A stretch of 64,000 bases of DNA, from NCBI RefSeq assembly GCF_006345805.1, contig NC_043017.1, forward strand, positions 6,944,001 to 7,008,000. Direction: 5' to 3'. The notes beneath the pieces are model-generated. The model worked only from the letters and a program-made list of their open reading frames with translations, did no database searches and was not told where the DNA came from. This DNA comes from Octopus sinensis. Taxonomy: Eukaryota. Positions 62,901 to 64,000 of this stretch are shown in pieces (the stretch's first letter is position 1; each line of letters starts with the position of its first letter). A program made the position numbers and the translations under genes.

Positions 62901-63309
62901 TTCTGTAATTTTTTTTTGTTTTTGTGTTGTTGGTTTTTTTTTTTCCTCATTTGCATTCTTTTTTTTTTTTTTCTTATTCCTTCCTTCTTTTCTTCCTTCT
63001 TTCTTTCCTTCCCACACCCCAACTAGTTTTATTCATTCCGAAGCCTTTTTTCTATCCTCGCGTCGGTGTCTGAATTTTCTCCCAGACATTTAAAAAAATA
63101 TTTATTTTTAACTTCTCACAAATAATACATTTAAACATAAAACTCCGACTTCTTTTCTCTTTTCTTTTTCTTTTTTCTTTTCTACTTCATTTTCGAAAGT
63201 AGTTTTTCAATAGTAGTCCAGTTAGTATTCATTTCAACTATGGTAATTAAAACAAAAATAAAATAAAACACAATAAAATAAAACAAGCGGAAAAAAAAAT
63301 AAAATGTAT

Positions 63310-63313
63310 GCGA

Positions 63314-63354
<41 letters not shown>

Positions 63355-63420
63355 TATTACTATGACTATTATTATTATTATTACTATTATTATTATTATT
63401 ATTATTGTTATTACTATTAC

Positions 63421-63454
<34 letters not shown>

Positions 63455-63468
63455 GTTATTACTATTAC

Positions 63469-63517
<49 letters not shown>

Positions 63518-63522
63518 TATAT
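63310..63522. repeat. (TTA)n microsatellite, about 210 bp
   Basis: Direct inspection. Other long tracts: (ATT)n 1489-1552, (CATA)n 2960-3055, (TA)n 3840-3915 and 29065-29150, (CA)n-rich 13850-14180 and 26470-26870, (GATA/GGAT)n 23825-24135. Confidence 0.95.
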
Positions 63523-64000
63523 ACTATGGTGTCGACAAGGAAACTAATTTTCAGACTTTCATATTAATGAGCAAAGTGACGACATTTTTAAAACAAAGAA
63601 AATTACTTTATTTTTTGTAGATGATTTTTTTTTTTCGTTATTAATCAGTTGAAAGGAAGGAGAGTTGATTAGTTAGTCCGTTTGGTTTATGTAATTATTT
63701 TAAATTTCCCAAACGAGTTTATTATTGCTAATAACTGTAAATTGGGGTTTGTGAAATTAACGCTTAATCCCATCCGCGGCCACCGCAACCATCAGTCAAT
63801 ATATATAGAAGGGCTTCATTAGTGAAATTAAGTGAAAGGAAGTTCGTTAAATAAATTAATTTCGCTAAATTCTGTTGTTAAATATAATGTTCTTTGGGGG
63901 TGCACAGCCTTAGGAAGAGGTGTGGTGGCGTTGATCCTTTTCCTCATAGGTGTATTTATTAGCGATATAATTGTAAAATTATTGTTTCGAAGCCGGCTTT

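Noticed and set aside
2652-63620. Most ORF-track entries rich in YI/HT/CV/LS/poly-Y/poly-I (for example 13111-13815, 26411-26995, 38829-39551, 63304-63567)
   Set aside because: They are translations of micro- and minisatellites or SINEs, with no domain signatures.
63980-64000. AAAGCCGGCTTCGAAAC (minus strand) as a possible hammerhead half
   Set aside because: Truncated by the window end; the core cannot be seen.

Overview
AT-rich, repeat-saturated animal genomic DNA. The tRNA-derived SINE families and extreme microsatellite load suggest an octopus (coleoid cephalopod); this is inference from recalled repeat families, not a database match. One protein-coding gene can be fully reconstructed, on the minus strand: four coding exons (55572-55737, 51497-51741, 46117-46234, 45041-45192). 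All introns are GT-AG with matching phases, giving a 226-aa protein with an N-terminal coiled coil, a Pro-rich linker and a single C-terminal BEN domain (BEN-solo architecture). Almost every other ORF in the supplied track is a microsatellite or transposon artefact. The rest of the window holds at least five SINE families, RTE, CR1 and L1/Tx1 LINE fragments, pogo, DD37D mariner and hAT transposase relics, piggyBac-, hAT- and Merlin-type MITEs, non-autonomous Helitrons and minisatellites. The most unusual items are: (i) type I hammerhead-ribozyme motifs in short Penelope-like/retrozyme-like elements, two with the same non-canonical core and one with a long branched stem II; (ii) a perfect 172-bp inverted duplication inside a BEN-gene intron; (iii) two Merlin-like MITEs bracketing a promoter-like segment with an RFX X-box; (iv) CpG decay in repeat copies that is mostly confined to about 23-62 kb, suggesting gene-body methylation and a second, unidentified plus-strand transcription unit. 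Repeat boundaries are approximate unless TSDs are quoted.
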